A stretch of 64,000 nucleotides of DNA from an uncultured Chloroflexia bacterium (GTDB lineage Bacteria; Chloroflexota; Limnocylindria; Limnocylindrales; CSP1-4): contig CAVXPZ010000001.1 of NCBI GenBank assembly GCA_963763775.1, forward strand, positions 832,001 to 896,000. Reading direction: 5' to 3'. The position numbers and the translations under genes were made by a program. The notes under the pieces were generated by a model. It was not told the origin of the DNA. It saw only the letters and a program-made list of their open reading frames with translations, and did no database searches. Shown piece by piece: positions 47,649 to 57,421 of this stretch (its first letter is position 1; each line of letters opens with the position of its first letter).

Positions 47649-48658
47649 CGCGGCGGGCGAAGGTCCGCCAGCAGCCGGTCGGCCGCGGCGTACGGGTCGA
47701 GCCGGTGGTCGGCGACCTCGGCGAGGATCTCCCGGGTCTCGGCCGCATGCGACGCGCCGAGCAGGGACGCGCGCAGCCGGTCGCCGAGGATCGCCCAGAC
47801 CTGCGCTTCCGCGCGAGCGAGGCGCGCGGCCGGCGCGACGGATGCCTCGCGGCCGGCCGCTCGATGGCGGTCCAGGGCGGCGAGGAGCTCCGGCACGCCC
47901 TCGCCGGTCGCGGCGGTGGTGACCAGGACCACGGGGCGCTTCGGAGCGGCCCGCGGCGGCGCCTCACCGTCCCCCGTCGGACCGCCGCCCCTCCGCCCCG
48001 TCGTGGGCACGAGCATCGCGCGGAGTTGCGCGGCCGTCCGCATCGCGCCGGGCTTGTCGCCCTTGTTGACGACCACGAGATCGGCGACTTCGAGGAGACC
48101 CGCCTTGATCGCCTGGACCTCGTCGCCCATCTCGGGCGCCTCGAGCACGACGGTCGTGTCCGCGGCGGCGGCCACCTCGACCTCGCTCTGGCCGGTGCCG
48201 ACCGTCTCGATGAGGAGCAGGTCGAACCCGCAGGCATCGAGGACCGCTGCGGCCGCGCTCGACGTCGAGGCGAGGCCGCCGGCGTGCCCGCGCGACGCCA
48301 TCGAGCGGATGAACACGTCGCGGTCTCCCGCGTAGGCCTGCATGCGAACGCGGTCGCCGAGGAGCGCGCCCCCGGTGATCGGGCTCGATGGGTCGACCGC
48401 GATGACCCCCACCGTCCGCCCGGCTCGCCGGACCTCGGCGATCAGGGCGGCGACGAGCGTGGACTTGCCCGCACCGGGCGGCCCCGTGATCCCGACGAGA
48501 TGCGCGCCGCCCGCCAATGGATAGAGCCGCCGCATCGCGGCCTCGGCGGTCGGCGTCCGGTTCTCGACCGCGGTCAGGAGCCGCGCGGTCGCGAGGCGGT
48601 CCCCGGCGACGGCGGCCTCGACGAGGCGCTCGGCCCGGGAGTCCGGGGCGTCCCCCAC
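47645..48658 (-). CDS. meaB: Methylmalonyl-CoA mutase-associated GTPase
   Basis: GITGPPGAGKST, AVDPSSP..GGALLGDRVRM, IETVGTGQSE and NKGD. Confidence 0.95.
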   Translation of the reverse strand: MGDAPDSRAERLVEAAVAGDRLATARLLTAVENRTPTAEAAMRRLYPLAGGAHLVGITGPPGAGKSTLVAALIAEVRRAGRTVGVIAVDPSSPITGGALLGDRVRMQAYAGDRDVFIRSMASRGHAGGLASTSSAAAAVLDACGFDLLLIETVGTGQSEVEVAAAADTTVVLEAPEMGDEVQAIKAGLLEVADLVVVNKGDKPGAMRTAAQLRAMLVPTTGRRGGGPTGDGEAPPRAAPKRPVVLVTTAATGEGVPELLAALDRHRAAGREASVAPAARLARAEAQVWAILGDRLRASLLGASHAAETREILAEVADHRLDPYAAADRLLADLRPPR

Positions 48659-48659
48659 C

Positions 48660-49064
48660 CTACTCGCGCGGTCGCGCGTTCGAGCGCAGGTAGTCCGCGA
48701 CCTGGGCGATGGTCGTGCCCGGCCCGAACACGGCGGAGACGCCGGCGGACTTGAGCGCGGCGACGTCGTCGTCCGGGATGATGCCGCCGACCGTGACGAG
48801 CACATCGCCCATGCCCTGCTCGTCGAGCAGCTTCGTGATCCGTGGCACCAGCGTCATGTGCGCGCCGGACAGGATCGACAGCCCGACGACGTCGACGTCC
48901 TCCTGGAGGGCCGCCGTGGCGACCATCTCGGGCGTCTGTCGCAGGCCGGTGTAGACGACCTCGAAGCCCTCGTCCCGGAGGCCCCGGGCGAGCACCTTGG
49001 CCCCCCGGTCGTGGCCGTCGAGCCCGGGCTTCGCGATCAGCACCTTGAGCGGGCGATCCGTCAT
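48660..49064 (-). CDS. Cobalamin-binding small subunit of an acyl-CoA mutase
   Basis: [12 protein letters not shown] (DxHxxG), GLSILSGAH and VGGIIP. Confidence 0.95.
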   Translation of the reverse strand: MTDRPLKVLIAKPGLDGHDRGAKVLARGLRDEGFEVVYTGLRQTPEMVATAALQEDVDVVGLSILSGAHMTLVPRITKLLDEQGMGDVLVTVGGIIPDDDVAALKSAGVSAVFGPGTTIAQVADYLRSNARPRE

Positions 49065-49137
49065 GCCGCCGATCGTACCGCGCTCGGGCGGAGCCGGTGG
49101 CCCCACCCGAGCGCAGGAAGGCTGGGAGCGTGGACGA

Positions 49138-50265
49138 TCAGTGGCGGATCCGCAGGACCTCCCCGCCACCGACCGTGGTGCTGTGGTTGGTCACGTAGAT
49201 CGTGCCGTCACGGGTGATCGCGAAACCGCCAGGCGTATCCAGGCGACCCGGGACGATCTCGGTCTTCACGCCGTGATGGACACGCCAGAGCGCTCCGGTC
49301 GTATCGCCACCGGGCGTGAACACGTTGAGCACTCCGGCCTTGGCGATCTCGAGCACGTAGAGGTCGCCGCGCGGCCCGAACTGCAGGTCGATGATCGAGG
49401 TGAACCCGTCGGCGTACAGGGTGCAGGCACCGTGCGTGGCGGCAGGGTCGCAGAGCGCTCCGTGGGCCCACGGAGCGACCCGCCAGATGCGAGACGTCCC
49501 CGGGGTGAACGGGAAGCCCTTCAGTTCGCCGACGTACCAGTAGCCGTCCGGGCCGACCGCCACCGTCGTGGGGACCGCCTCGGCGGGGATCTCCGAGGGC
49601 AGGCCTGAGTCCGGCCCGAGATGTGCCGTGGACACGATCTCGTTCGGGAAGCGCGCCACTTCGCGGACGCCGCCCCTGGCGTTGACGAGCAGGAGGTCGT
49701 TGCCGGCCGCGTCCGTCACGAGCTTCTTCCCGTGCTTGAGGGCCGCCAGACCATACGCGTTGGAGTCCGTCGGATTCGGCGGCTGGTCGAGATCGGTCGG
49801 GTCCGGGTTCGCGTTCCGGAACGCCTGGATGTTCGCGAGGACCTTGTCGCCGCCCTTCCACACCTTGAGAACGCTGTCGAAGCGCGGATCGACGACCTGC
49901 GGGCCGCCACCGACCACCGCGATCGCCTTGCCGTCCGAGCCCATGGCGACGTTGACCGGGCCCGTGACCTCGCCTTCGGGCGAGATCGCCGAGGGCAGGC
50001 CGCTCCTCAGCGTCCGGACCGTGTTGCCGGTGATCCGCAGGATCTTGCCGCTCGTGCCGTAGCCCTGCGCGGGTCCGCCGCGACCCGCCACGGCGACCAG
50101 GACGCGGCCCTTGCCGTCGACCGAGATGCCGCGTGGGTCGTCAAGCCCCGAGGCCAGGACCTTGACGTGGGGTTTCGAGCCGTGTGCGGCGGCTGGGACC
50201 GCGAACCCTGCCGCGAGCACGACCAGGGCGACCATTGCCAGAGCCCATCGTCGGGCACGATGCAT
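49138..50265 (-). CDS. Secreted ScyD/ScyE-family beta-propeller protein
   Basis: Signal peptide, [25 protein letters not shown] and [22 protein letters not shown]; GGAGGAGG RBS. Confidence 0.85.
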   Translation of the reverse strand: MHRARRWALAMVALVVLAAGFAVPAAAHGSKPHVKVLASGLDDPRGISVDGKGRVLVAVAGRGGPAQGYGTSGKILRITGNTVRTLRSGLPSAISPEGEVTGPVNVAMGSDGKAIAVVGGGPQVVDPRFDSVLKVWKGGDKVLANIQAFRNANPDPTDLDQPPNPTDSNAYGLAALKHGKKLVTDAAGNDLLLVNARGGVREVARFPNEIVSTAHLGPDSGLPSEIPAEAVPTTVAVGPDGYWYVGELKGFPFTPGTSRIWRVAPWAHGALCDPAATHGACTLYADGFTSIIDLQFGPRGDLYVLEIAKAGVLNVFTPGGDTTGALWRVHHGVKTEIVPGRLDTPGGFAITRDGTIYVTNHSTTVGGGEVLRIRH

Positions 50266-50406
50266 CTGGACCTCCTCCCGATCCATCGATCGGACTATCC
50301 CGGCGGAAGCCCACCATACCCAACGTGTCGCCTGCGAGCACCGGAGACCCCTGCACGGCGGTGCACGCCGGCACCGCCTTTTCGGACGAAGGTCGACGGC
50401 GACGAC

Positions 50407-51228
50407 CTACGCGTTGGCGCGGCTGAACGTCCGCGCCGCAAGCCACACGGAGATCACCGCCAGGATCGCCGTCACGCCGACGCCGATCGGGATCTCCGGC
50501 GAACCCCACTGCCCGTTGAACAGCGCCCGGGCCGCATCCACGGTGTGGGTCAGCGGGTTGACGTTGCTCAGGAACTGGAGCCAGGCGGGAGCCAGCGCCA
50601 TCGGCAGGAGGATCCCCGACAGGAGGAGCAGCGGCATCGCGACGCTGTTGACCAGCGGGGCGAAGGCGTCCTCGCTCTTGAGCGTCAGCGCCGCGGCGTA
50701 CGACAACGGCGCCGAGACAAGGCCGATGAGCACGAGCAGCAGCATGACGACCGGGATGCCGGCGGGGTCGATCTTGAGCCCGAGCGGGACGGCCAGCACG
50801 ATCAGGATGAGCGCCTGGACCTGCAGGATCACGATGTCGCGCAGGGAGCGCCCGAGCAGCATCGCCGTCCGGCTCATCGGGGTCACACGCATCCGCTCGA
50901 TGACGCCGCTGCGCAGCTCGGCGATGAGCCCGAACCCACCGAAGGCCGTGCCGAAGATCGCGATCTGGATGATCAGCCCGGGGACGAACCAGTTGAACGC
51001 GTTCGTGCTCGTGCCGGCCGCCTGGGTGGCGCCCTCGAGGAGCGGGCCGAAGAGGAACAGGTACAGCAGCGGCAGCATCATGCCGAAGAGGATCCAGACC
51101 GGCTGCCGGATGGTCAGCCAGAGCGACCGGTGGAAGATCAGCCAGGTGTCGCGGGCGGTCTGCATGAACGGGTTCCTCACGTAGGTCGTCGGGGTGTCAT
51201 GGACGGTGGTGGAGGCCGAGGTGCTCAT
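50407..51228 (-). CDS. ABC-2 type exporter permease (DrrB-like)
   Basis: Six TM helices, FVPGL, ELRSGVIERMRVTP and NPLTH. Confidence 0.92.
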   Translation of the reverse strand: MSTSASTTVHDTPTTYVRNPFMQTARDTWLIFHRSLWLTIRQPVWILFGMMLPLLYLFLFGPLLEGATQAAGTSTNAFNWFVPGLIIQIAIFGTAFGGFGLIAELRSGVIERMRVTPMSRTAMLLGRSLRDIVILQVQALILIVLAVPLGLKIDPAGIPVVMLLLVLIGLVSAPLSYAAALTLKSEDAFAPLVNSVAMPLLLLSGILLPMALAPAWLQFLSNVNPLTHTVDAARALFNGQWGSPEIPIGVGVTAILAVISVWLAARTFSRANA

Positions 51229-52181
51229 GCCGCCGGCTCCTCGCGCAGCGACCGGCCGGTCTGGCGCAGGAAGACGTCGTCGAGGCTCGGGCGCGCGAGC
51301 GTGATCGAGCGCGCCTGCAGGCCGGCGCCGTCGAGGATCCGCAGGAGCTGCGGGACCGCGGTCTCGCCCTGGTCCACGTACAGCCGGATCAGGTCGTCCT
51401 CGCTGCTGGCCTCCCGGACGAACGGCTGGTCGCGGACGGTGGCCAGGACCTGGTCGCGATCCCCGTCGACGCCGAGCGTGACGACGTCGCCGGCGACCTG
51501 GCGCTTGAGCTCGTCGGCCGTGCCCTCCGCGACGATCTGCCCGTGGTCGATGATCGCGAGGCGGTCCGCGAGTGCGTCGGCCTCCTCGAGGTAGTGCGTG
51601 GTGAGGAACACGGTGGTGCCCGCCTCGCGCAGCCCGCGGACCTCGTCCCACATCCGCGCGCGGGCCTGCGGGTCAAGACCGGTCGTCGGCTCGTCGAGGA
51701 ACAGGACGCGCGGCCGGTGCACGATCCCGAGGCCGACATCGAGCCGGCGGCGCATGCCGCCCGAGTACGTGCCGGTCGGCCGGTCGGCGGCCGCCTCGAG
51801 GTCGAGTGCGGCGAGGACTTCGCGGGCGCGGGCCTGGGCTCGCGGCTTGTCGAGGCCGTAGAGGCGCGCCTGGAGCACGAGCTCGCCGCGGCCGGTCTCG
51901 GCCGGGTCCGTCGAACCGCCCTGCGGCACGTACCCGATCCGGCGTCGGACCTCCTCCGGCTGGCTGGCCAGGTCCACGCCCGCGACCGTGGCGCGGCCAC
52001 CGGTCGGCTTGAGCAGCGTCGCGAGCATCCGCAGGGTCGTGGTCTTCCCGGCGCCGTTCGGCCCGAGGAACCCGAAGATCTCCCCGGCTTCGACCGTGAG
52101 GTCCACGCCTCGGACGGCCTCCACGGCGCCCCCACGGGACTTGAAGGTGCGACGCAGGTCGTGCGTCTCGATCATCGGCAT
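51225..52181 (-). CDS. ABC exporter ATP-binding subunit (DrrA-like)
   Basis: GPNGAGKTT, YSGGMRRR, LFLDEPTTGLDP and TTHYLEEAD. Confidence 0.95.
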   Translation of the reverse strand: MPMIETHDLRRTFKSRGGAVEAVRGVDLTVEAGEIFGFLGPNGAGKTTTLRMLATLLKPTGGRATVAGVDLASQPEEVRRRIGYVPQGGSTDPAETGRGELVLQARLYGLDKPRAQARAREVLAALDLEAAADRPTGTYSGGMRRRLDVGLGIVHRPRVLFLDEPTTGLDPQARARMWDEVRGLREAGTTVFLTTHYLEEADALADRLAIIDHGQIVAEGTADELKRQVAGDVVTLGVDGDRDQVLATVRDQPFVREASSEDDLIRLYVDQGETAVPQLLRILDGAGLQARSITLARPSLDDVFLRQTGRSLREEPAA

Positions 52182-52244
52182 CGGTGGTCTCCCGTCTGCC
52201 CTATGCTGGACGGGTCACTTGCGCCGTTCAGCAATCTGGGACAT

Positions 52245-52263
52245 TATCTGCACCGCGCAGATA
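52245..52263. promoter_or_regulatory. Inverted repeat, probable MarR operator
   Basis: TATCTGC-N5-GCAGATA in the AT-richer gap between the divergent ABC and MarR genes; a weaker TTGC-N8-GCAA lies at 52219-52234. Confidence 0.6.
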
Positions 52264-52290
52264 GTTACCCATACAGGAGCACCTGTCAAC

Positions 52291-53373
52291 ATGGAACGCC
52301 GACAAGGAGTCGAGAGCGTGGTTCGCGCGCTCCGGCGCGTGAACTTCCAGGGGTCGATCTTCGGGCAGTCCGTGGCCATCCGGCTCGGCCTGTCCGAGTC
52401 CGACGTGGACGCCCTCGAACTGCTGCTCGACACGGGCGCCGCCACGGCCGGCAAGCTCGCCGAGCTCATGGGCCTCACGACGGGCGCCGTGACCCGCGTG
52501 ATCGACCGCCTCGAGCAGGCCGGCTACGTGCGACGCGTCTCGGACCCGGCCGACCGCCGGCGCGTCGTGGTCGAGATCGTCCCGGAGAAGATGACGACGC
52601 TCGAATCGATGATGGCGTCACTCGAGCGGGCCGCCGCCGACGAGGCGGACCGCTACTCCCCCGAGCAGCTGGCCCTGATCAGCGAGTTCCTCGGCCGGAT
52701 GGCCGACCTGACGCAGAGCGAGGCCACGCGGCTCCGGACGACGACCGAGGACCCCACGGTGTCGAGCGGGCCGTCGGAGCACGCCGCCCCGCTCGGCGGC
52801 CTGACGAGCGCCCGGCTCACGTTCCGTTCAGGCGCGCAGGACCTGCGACTGCGCGCGGGCGCTCCTTCCGGTGACCTCTACCGCGGCCGCTTCGACGGGG
52901 CCACGCCGCAGGTGCGCGTCCGCGACGGCCGCGTCCTCGTCCAGTACCGGGGGATCCCGTTCGACTGGCGAAAGCGGACCGCAACGATGGCCCTCAACCC
53001 GACGATCCCGTGGGCCATCGAGGTCGTGGGCGGGATCTCCCGCATCGAGGCCGACCTGCGCGAGATCATGCTGCGCCGGCTCGAGATCACCGGTGGCTCG
53101 GATCGGACCCAGATCGAGCTCGGACCGCCGCGCGGCGACGTCCCGATCAAGCTGACCGGCGGCGCCAAGACGATCCGGCTCGAGCGACCAGCCGGCGTCC
53201 CCGTCCGCCTCCGGGTGTACGGCAGCGGCGGCGTCGTGATCGACGAGCACTCGTACGGCAACCGGGGCGGCGACACGGTCATCGAGCCGCCCGAGTGGGC
53301 GACAGCGCGCGAGCGCTACTCGCTCGAGGTCATCGGCGGCTCGAAGGCCATCACGATCGTCGAGCGGCACTGA
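52291..53373 (+). CDS. MarR-family regulator fused to a C-terminal beta-rich domain
   Basis: LTTGAVTRVIDRLEQAGYVRRVSDPADRRRVVV followed by about 190 aa of short beta repeats; AGGAG RBS. Confidence 0.85.
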   Translation: MERRQGVESVVRALRRVNFQGSIFGQSVAIRLGLSESDVDALELLLDTGAATAGKLAELMGLTTGAVTRVIDRLEQAGYVRRVSDPADRRRVVVEIVPEKMTTLESMMASLERAAADEADRYSPEQLALISEFLGRMADLTQSEATRLRTTTEDPTVSSGPSEHAAPLGGLTSARLTFRSGAQDLRLRAGAPSGDLYRGRFDGATPQVRVRDGRVLVQYRGIPFDWRKRTATMALNPTIPWAIEVVGGISRIEADLREIMLRRLEITGGSDRTQIELGPPRGDVPIKLTGGAKTIRLERPAGVPVRLRVYGSGGVVIDEHSYGNRGGDTVIEPPEWATARERYSLEVIGGSKAITIVERH

Positions 53374-53383
53374 CCGCGAACGG

Positions 53384-54073
53384 TCACGCCTCGGGCGGAC
53401 GCCGCGCGAGATGGTCCAGGAACTCGGCACGGGTGCGGTCGCGCGTCCGGAACAGCCCGAGGACCGACGAGGTCGTCATGATCGTGCCCGGCTTGCGGAC
53501 GCCGCGCATCACCGCGCACAGGTGCGTCGCCTCGATGACGACGCCGACGCCCTGCGGGGCGAGCCGGTCCTGGAGGAACTCCGCGACCTGCTGCGTCAGC
53601 CGTTCCTGGACCTGGAGTCGGCGCGCGTACATCTCGACGATCCGCGGGATCTTCGAGAGCCCGATCACGCGGCCGCGCGGGATGTACGCCACGGCGGCGG
53701 TCCCGAAGAACGGCAGCAGGTGGTGCTCGCAGAGCGAGTAGAACGGGATGTCCTTGACGATCACCATCTCGCTGTAGGCGACGTCGAAGACGGCGCCGTT
53801 GATGAGGCGCTCCGGGTCGACGTGGTAGCCCGCGGTCAGCTCGGTGTACATCCGGTGGACCCGCTCGGGCGTCCCGACGAGGCCCTGGCGGTCGGCGTCC
53901 TCGCCGATCTCGGTCAGGATCTCGCGGACGGCGGCCTCGACCCGCCCGTTCCCGGCATGGCGTCCGGCGCCTTCGATGCGCGTCCCGGCGGCGGTCGGGT
54001 CCTCGCCGATCTCGGTCTCGATCTCATCGACGATGGCCTGGACGTGGCTCGGCAGGGCGGGCGTGTCGGACAT
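53384..54073 (-). CDS. folE: GTP cyclohydrolase I with N-terminal extension
   Basis: [29 protein letters not shown] and HLCAVMRGV. Confidence 0.96.
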   Translation of the reverse strand: MSDTPALPSHVQAIVDEIETEIGEDPTAAGTRIEGAGRHAGNGRVEAAVREILTEIGEDADRQGLVGTPERVHRMYTELTAGYHVDPERLINGAVFDVAYSEMVIVKDIPFYSLCEHHLLPFFGTAAVAYIPRGRVIGLSKIPRIVEMYARRLQVQERLTQQVAEFLQDRLAPQGVGVVIEATHLCAVMRGVRKPGTIMTTSSVLGLFRTRDRTRAEFLDHLARRPPEA

Positions 54074-54136
54074 GGGCTCCGGGCTCCTGATGCAGGCGGC
54101 GATGGTACGTCGGACGCTGCTAGGCTGCGCCTCGAC

Positions 54137-54643
54137 ATGCCACACCCTCGCGTCGAGCAGCTCCGATTCGCGCGCGCCGAGTGGGTCCGCGGCCTGCGTG
54201 GGCTCGGCGAGGCCGATGCGCAGCGCCGCCTGGAGCCGATGAACTCCATCTCGTGGATGGTCGGGCACCTCGCCTGGCACGAACGGCTCATCTCGATGGA
54301 GCGCGGGCAGGGCCTCCGGGTCGAACCGGTGCTCGACACGGTCGCGAACGGGGCGCCGGCCTCGACGCCGACGCTGCGCTCGATGTGGGCGGCCTGGCGA
54401 CGGGTCACCGAGGCCGCGGACGTCTACCTCGACACGCTCACCACCGACGACCTGCTGGTGCCGCTGCCGCACGACGGCCGGTCGAACCCGCCGGCCGCGG
54501 GATCGCAACTCCAGCGCATCACGTACCACTACTGGAGCCACATCGGCGAAGCGTCCGCGGTGCGGCAGATCCTGGGCCACCGTCGGCTCGCCCAGTTCGT
54601 CGGCGACATCGAGGCGCACGCGCCCTACCGCCGGGAGCCCTGA
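54137..54643 (+). CDS. DinB-family protein
   Basis: [14 protein letters not shown] and [11 protein letters not shown] form the His triad. Confidence 0.85.
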   Translation: MPHPRVEQLRFARAEWVRGLRGLGEADAQRRLEPMNSISWMVGHLAWHERLISMERGQGLRVEPVLDTVANGAPASTPTLRSMWAAWRRVTEAADVYLDTLTTDDLLVPLPHDGRSNPPAAGSQLQRITYHYWSHIGEASAVRQILGHRRLAQFVGDIEAHAPYRREP

Positions 54644-54670
54644 CCCGCGGCGCCGGCTCCGGCGATCGCG

Positions 54671-55303
54671 TCAACCCGGTCGGCCGCGCCGCCGAAGGTA
54701 GTCGTGCCAGAGCAATCGAGCCGCCACGGAACGCCAGGGCCGCCACGGCTCGCCGATGGCCTCCATCTCGACCGGCGTGGGCCGCCGGTCGTGGCCCTTG
54801 ACCTCCGCGACGGCCTGGGCGAGCGCGATGTCCCCGACGGGCCACACGTCGGGCCGCCCGAGCACCATCAGCAGATAGATGGTCGACGTCCACGGCCCGA
54901 TCCCGGGCACGGCCTCGAGGGCGGCCCGGACCTCGCCGTCGTCGAGCGACGGGAGCCCGTCGAGATCGAGCGCGCCGCTCGCGACCGAGCCGGCGAGAGC
55001 TCGACCGTAGCGCGCCTTCTGGCGGCTGAAACCGATCGCCAGCAGCTCGGGATCGGTGAGGGCCAGGAACCGGTCCGGGGTCAGCGGGTCGGCAGCGACT
55101 CGCAGGCGGTCGAAGGCCGCCTTGGCCGAGGCGAGCGAGACCTGCTGCTCGAGCACGATATGGAGCAGCGTCGGAAACCCCGGCGCACGATCCCAGAGCG
55201 GCGGCGGGCCGTAGCGGCCGACGATCGCCCCGAGGTCAGGGTCGCGGGCGCCGAGCTCCGCGACGGCGCGAGCGAGCGAGCGTCGGTCGAGCGCGGCCGG
55301 CAT
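54671..55303 (-). CDS. AlkA-family (HhH-GPD) DNA-3-methyladenine glycosylase
   Basis: IVLEQQVS, VPGIGPWTS, DVWPVGD and WRPWRSVAA. Confidence 0.92.
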   Translation of the reverse strand: MPAALDRRSLARAVAELGARDPDLGAIVGRYGPPPLWDRAPGFPTLLHIVLEQQVSLASAKAAFDRLRVAADPLTPDRFLALTDPELLAIGFSRQKARYGRALAGSVASGALDLDGLPSLDDGEVRAALEAVPGIGPWTSTIYLLMVLGRPDVWPVGDIALAQAVAEVKGHDRRPTPVEMEAIGEPWRPWRSVAARLLWHDYLRRRGRPG

Positions 55304-55308
55304 CCGCC

Positions 55309-56425
55309 TCAGACGACCGAGCCGCCGGCCGCGAAGCCACGTGCCGGGAGCGGGTCGAAGGGGCGGCCCTCGGCGCCGCGCAGCCAGGCCCGGGCGTTCT
55401 CGCCCAGCGACGGTCGGTGGTAGCCGCCCTCCTGGAGGATCACCAGCCGCCGTCCGAGCGCCCCGACCCGCCGGCCGACCTCGTGATAGACGTCGGTCGT
55501 GAGCGCGAAGTCGCCGATCGGATCGAGTCCGTAGGTGTCGAACCCGAGCGAGACGACGACCACCGAACCCGGCACCGCGCGCGATCGCCTCGACCGCGCG
55601 ATCGGTCGCCTCGAGGTAGTCCTCGTTCGTCGCACCGCCACGCAGCGGGAGATTGAGGTTCTCTCCGGCGCCCGGCCCCTCCCCCACCTCGTCGGCCCGG
55701 CCGAGGAAGTACGGGTAGGCACGTTCCGGGTCCGCGTGGATCGAGACGTACCGGACGTCCCCGCGGCGCCAGAAGATCTGCTGCGTGCCGTTCCCGTGGT
55801 GGTAGTCCACATCGAGGACGGCCACGCGCTCGCCCGTGGCCCGCGTGATGGCCTCCGCCGCGATCGCGGCGTTGTTGAAGAAGCAGTAGCCGCCGTACAT
55901 GGCGCGCGCCGCGTGATGGCCCGGCGGCCGGCACAGGCCGTACGCGGCCGTCGCACCGCCGAGCACGAGGTCCACGGTCGTCAGGGCGACGTCGACGGCG
56001 CCACGCGCGGCCACGTACGTGCCGGCGACCAGGGGCGCGGCGGAGTCCAGACCCCAGTAGCCGGCACGGCCGCCCGCATGCTCCGGCTCGCGGACGAGGT
56101 CCCTGACCGCGTCCGGGCTCATGCCCTCGAACATCGCGCGGTTCGGGTACGTGTCCGCCGACAGGAACGGGCGGTCGATCGCCTGGCGGCGGGTCTCGCT
56201 CCACGCGACCTCGAGGAACCGGAGCAGGCCCGGGTCGTGGACCGCCGTGATCGGGTCGTCGCCGTGCTCGGTCGGCGCGACGCGGGCGAACCCGCCGTCG
56301 GCGTCGAGGGTCTCGCGGATGATCTCGGCGCGCTCGGCGACCTCGTTCGCGGGGACGGCGACGCCCATGAAGGTCTCGACGGTGACGTCGTGGCCGAGAT
56401 GCGACGGCGTGTAGACGACCTGCAT
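55309..56425 (-). CDS. Histone deacetylase-family protein (acetylpolyamine amidohydrolase-like); frameshift near 55580
   Basis: RPPGHHA, GYCFFNNAA and LDVDYHHGNGTQ; VSLGFDT and LQEGGY are in ORF 55309..55956. Confidence 0.9.
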
Positions 56426-56431
56426 CGTGTC

Positions 56432-57400
56432 CTAGGACTCCCCGATCGTGGCGGGCTCGCCGGCGACCGAGAGGATGGCCGCCGCGACCGCATCGGGACG
56501 GTAGCGCATCAGGTTGTGCCCGTCGTGCCCGAACGACACGTCGCGGATCGGTGTCCGGCCGGCCGCGAGCCGCGCGTCGCTGGCGGCCGCGAGGGCCCGA
56601 GCGCGCGCCCCTGGCGTGTCATCGCCGGACGGCGCAGCGGCGAGGGCCACCACCGGCGCGGTGACCGCTGCCAGGGTCGCCACCGGGTCGTAGTCGAACA
56701 TCGTGCGCACACTCGCCTCGAGCACATGCGGGCGGGCGACCGGCACGACCTTCCCGGCGTGGGTCTCGACGACCGTCGCCCGCGCGGCACGCTCCTGGTC
56801 CGCGTCCCAGCTCGACGGGTCGAACGCCCGCCGGTCGGCCAGATAGGCCGTCATCGAGCGGAGCACCTCGGGTGGCTCGTCGAGCGTCCGGAGGAAGTCC
56901 TCGACATCGAGGCCGGTCGACGTCTGGAGCCGCTCCCACCCGCCGTCGACGAGGACCAGCCCGGCGCACCGTGGGCCGAGGCGGGCCGCGGCGGCCGCGG
57001 CGACGATCGCCCCGAAGCCGTGCCCGGCCATGACCACGCGGTCGTCGAGGTCGTCCACGAGTCCCGACCCCTCCGCGACCGCGACGGCGTCCTCGGCGAG
57101 CACCGCGAGGTCGTAGGCGCCGGCCTCGGTCGGCGCATCGGACAGCCCGTGCCCGCGGAGGTCCATGGCGACGACACGTCGCACGGGCCGCAGTCGGCGC
57201 GCGACCGGTGTCCAGATCCAGCCCGTCCCCGCCAGCCCGTGGACGAGCAGCACACCCACATCGTCCGCGGCGCCGGGCGGTCCCGACCCGCCGCCCCAAT
57301 CGAGGAAGTGGATCCGGTCGCCGGGGTCGACGACCACGACGAACCCCTCGGGCTCGGCGGAACGGTCCGGGCTCGGCACGGCGTCCAGCGGTCGATCCAT
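56432..57400 (-). CDS. Alpha/beta-hydrolase-fold protein with Gly at the nucleophile position
   Basis: LLVHGLAG, DLRGHGLSD, elbow AGHGFGA, LVLVDGG and DGHNL. Confidence 0.85.
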   Translation of the reverse strand: MDRPLDAVPSPDRSAEPEGFVVVVDPGDRIHFLDWGGGSGPPGAADDVGVLLVHGLAGTGWIWTPVARRLRPVRRVVAMDLRGHGLSDAPTEAGAYDLAVLAEDAVAVAEGSGLVDDLDDRVVMAGHGFGAIVAAAAAARLGPRCAGLVLVDGGWERLQTSTGLDVEDFLRTLDEPPEVLRSMTAYLADRRAFDPSSWDADQERAARATVVETHAGKVVPVARPHVLEASVRTMFDYDPVATLAAVTAPVVALAAAPSGDDTPGARARALAAASDARLAAGRTPIRDVSFGHDGHNLMRYRPDAVAAAILSVAGEPATIGES

Positions 57401-57421
57401 CGCCCGTAGGATACGGGGGTC

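Noticed and set aside
49065-49137. Cobalamin riboswitch upstream of the B12-binding subunit
   Set aside because: The gap is only about 70 bp, the gene appears leaderless, and there is no B12 box.
49138-50265. Scytonemin biosynthesis
   Set aside because: Only a lone ScyD/E-family propeller is present, with no scyABC or aromatic pathway genes.
54671-56425. HDAC-AlkA glycosylase fusion (584 aa)
   Set aside because: Caused by an indel near 55580. The HDAC C-terminus ends at 55309 in another frame, and the glycosylase has its own ATG at 55303.
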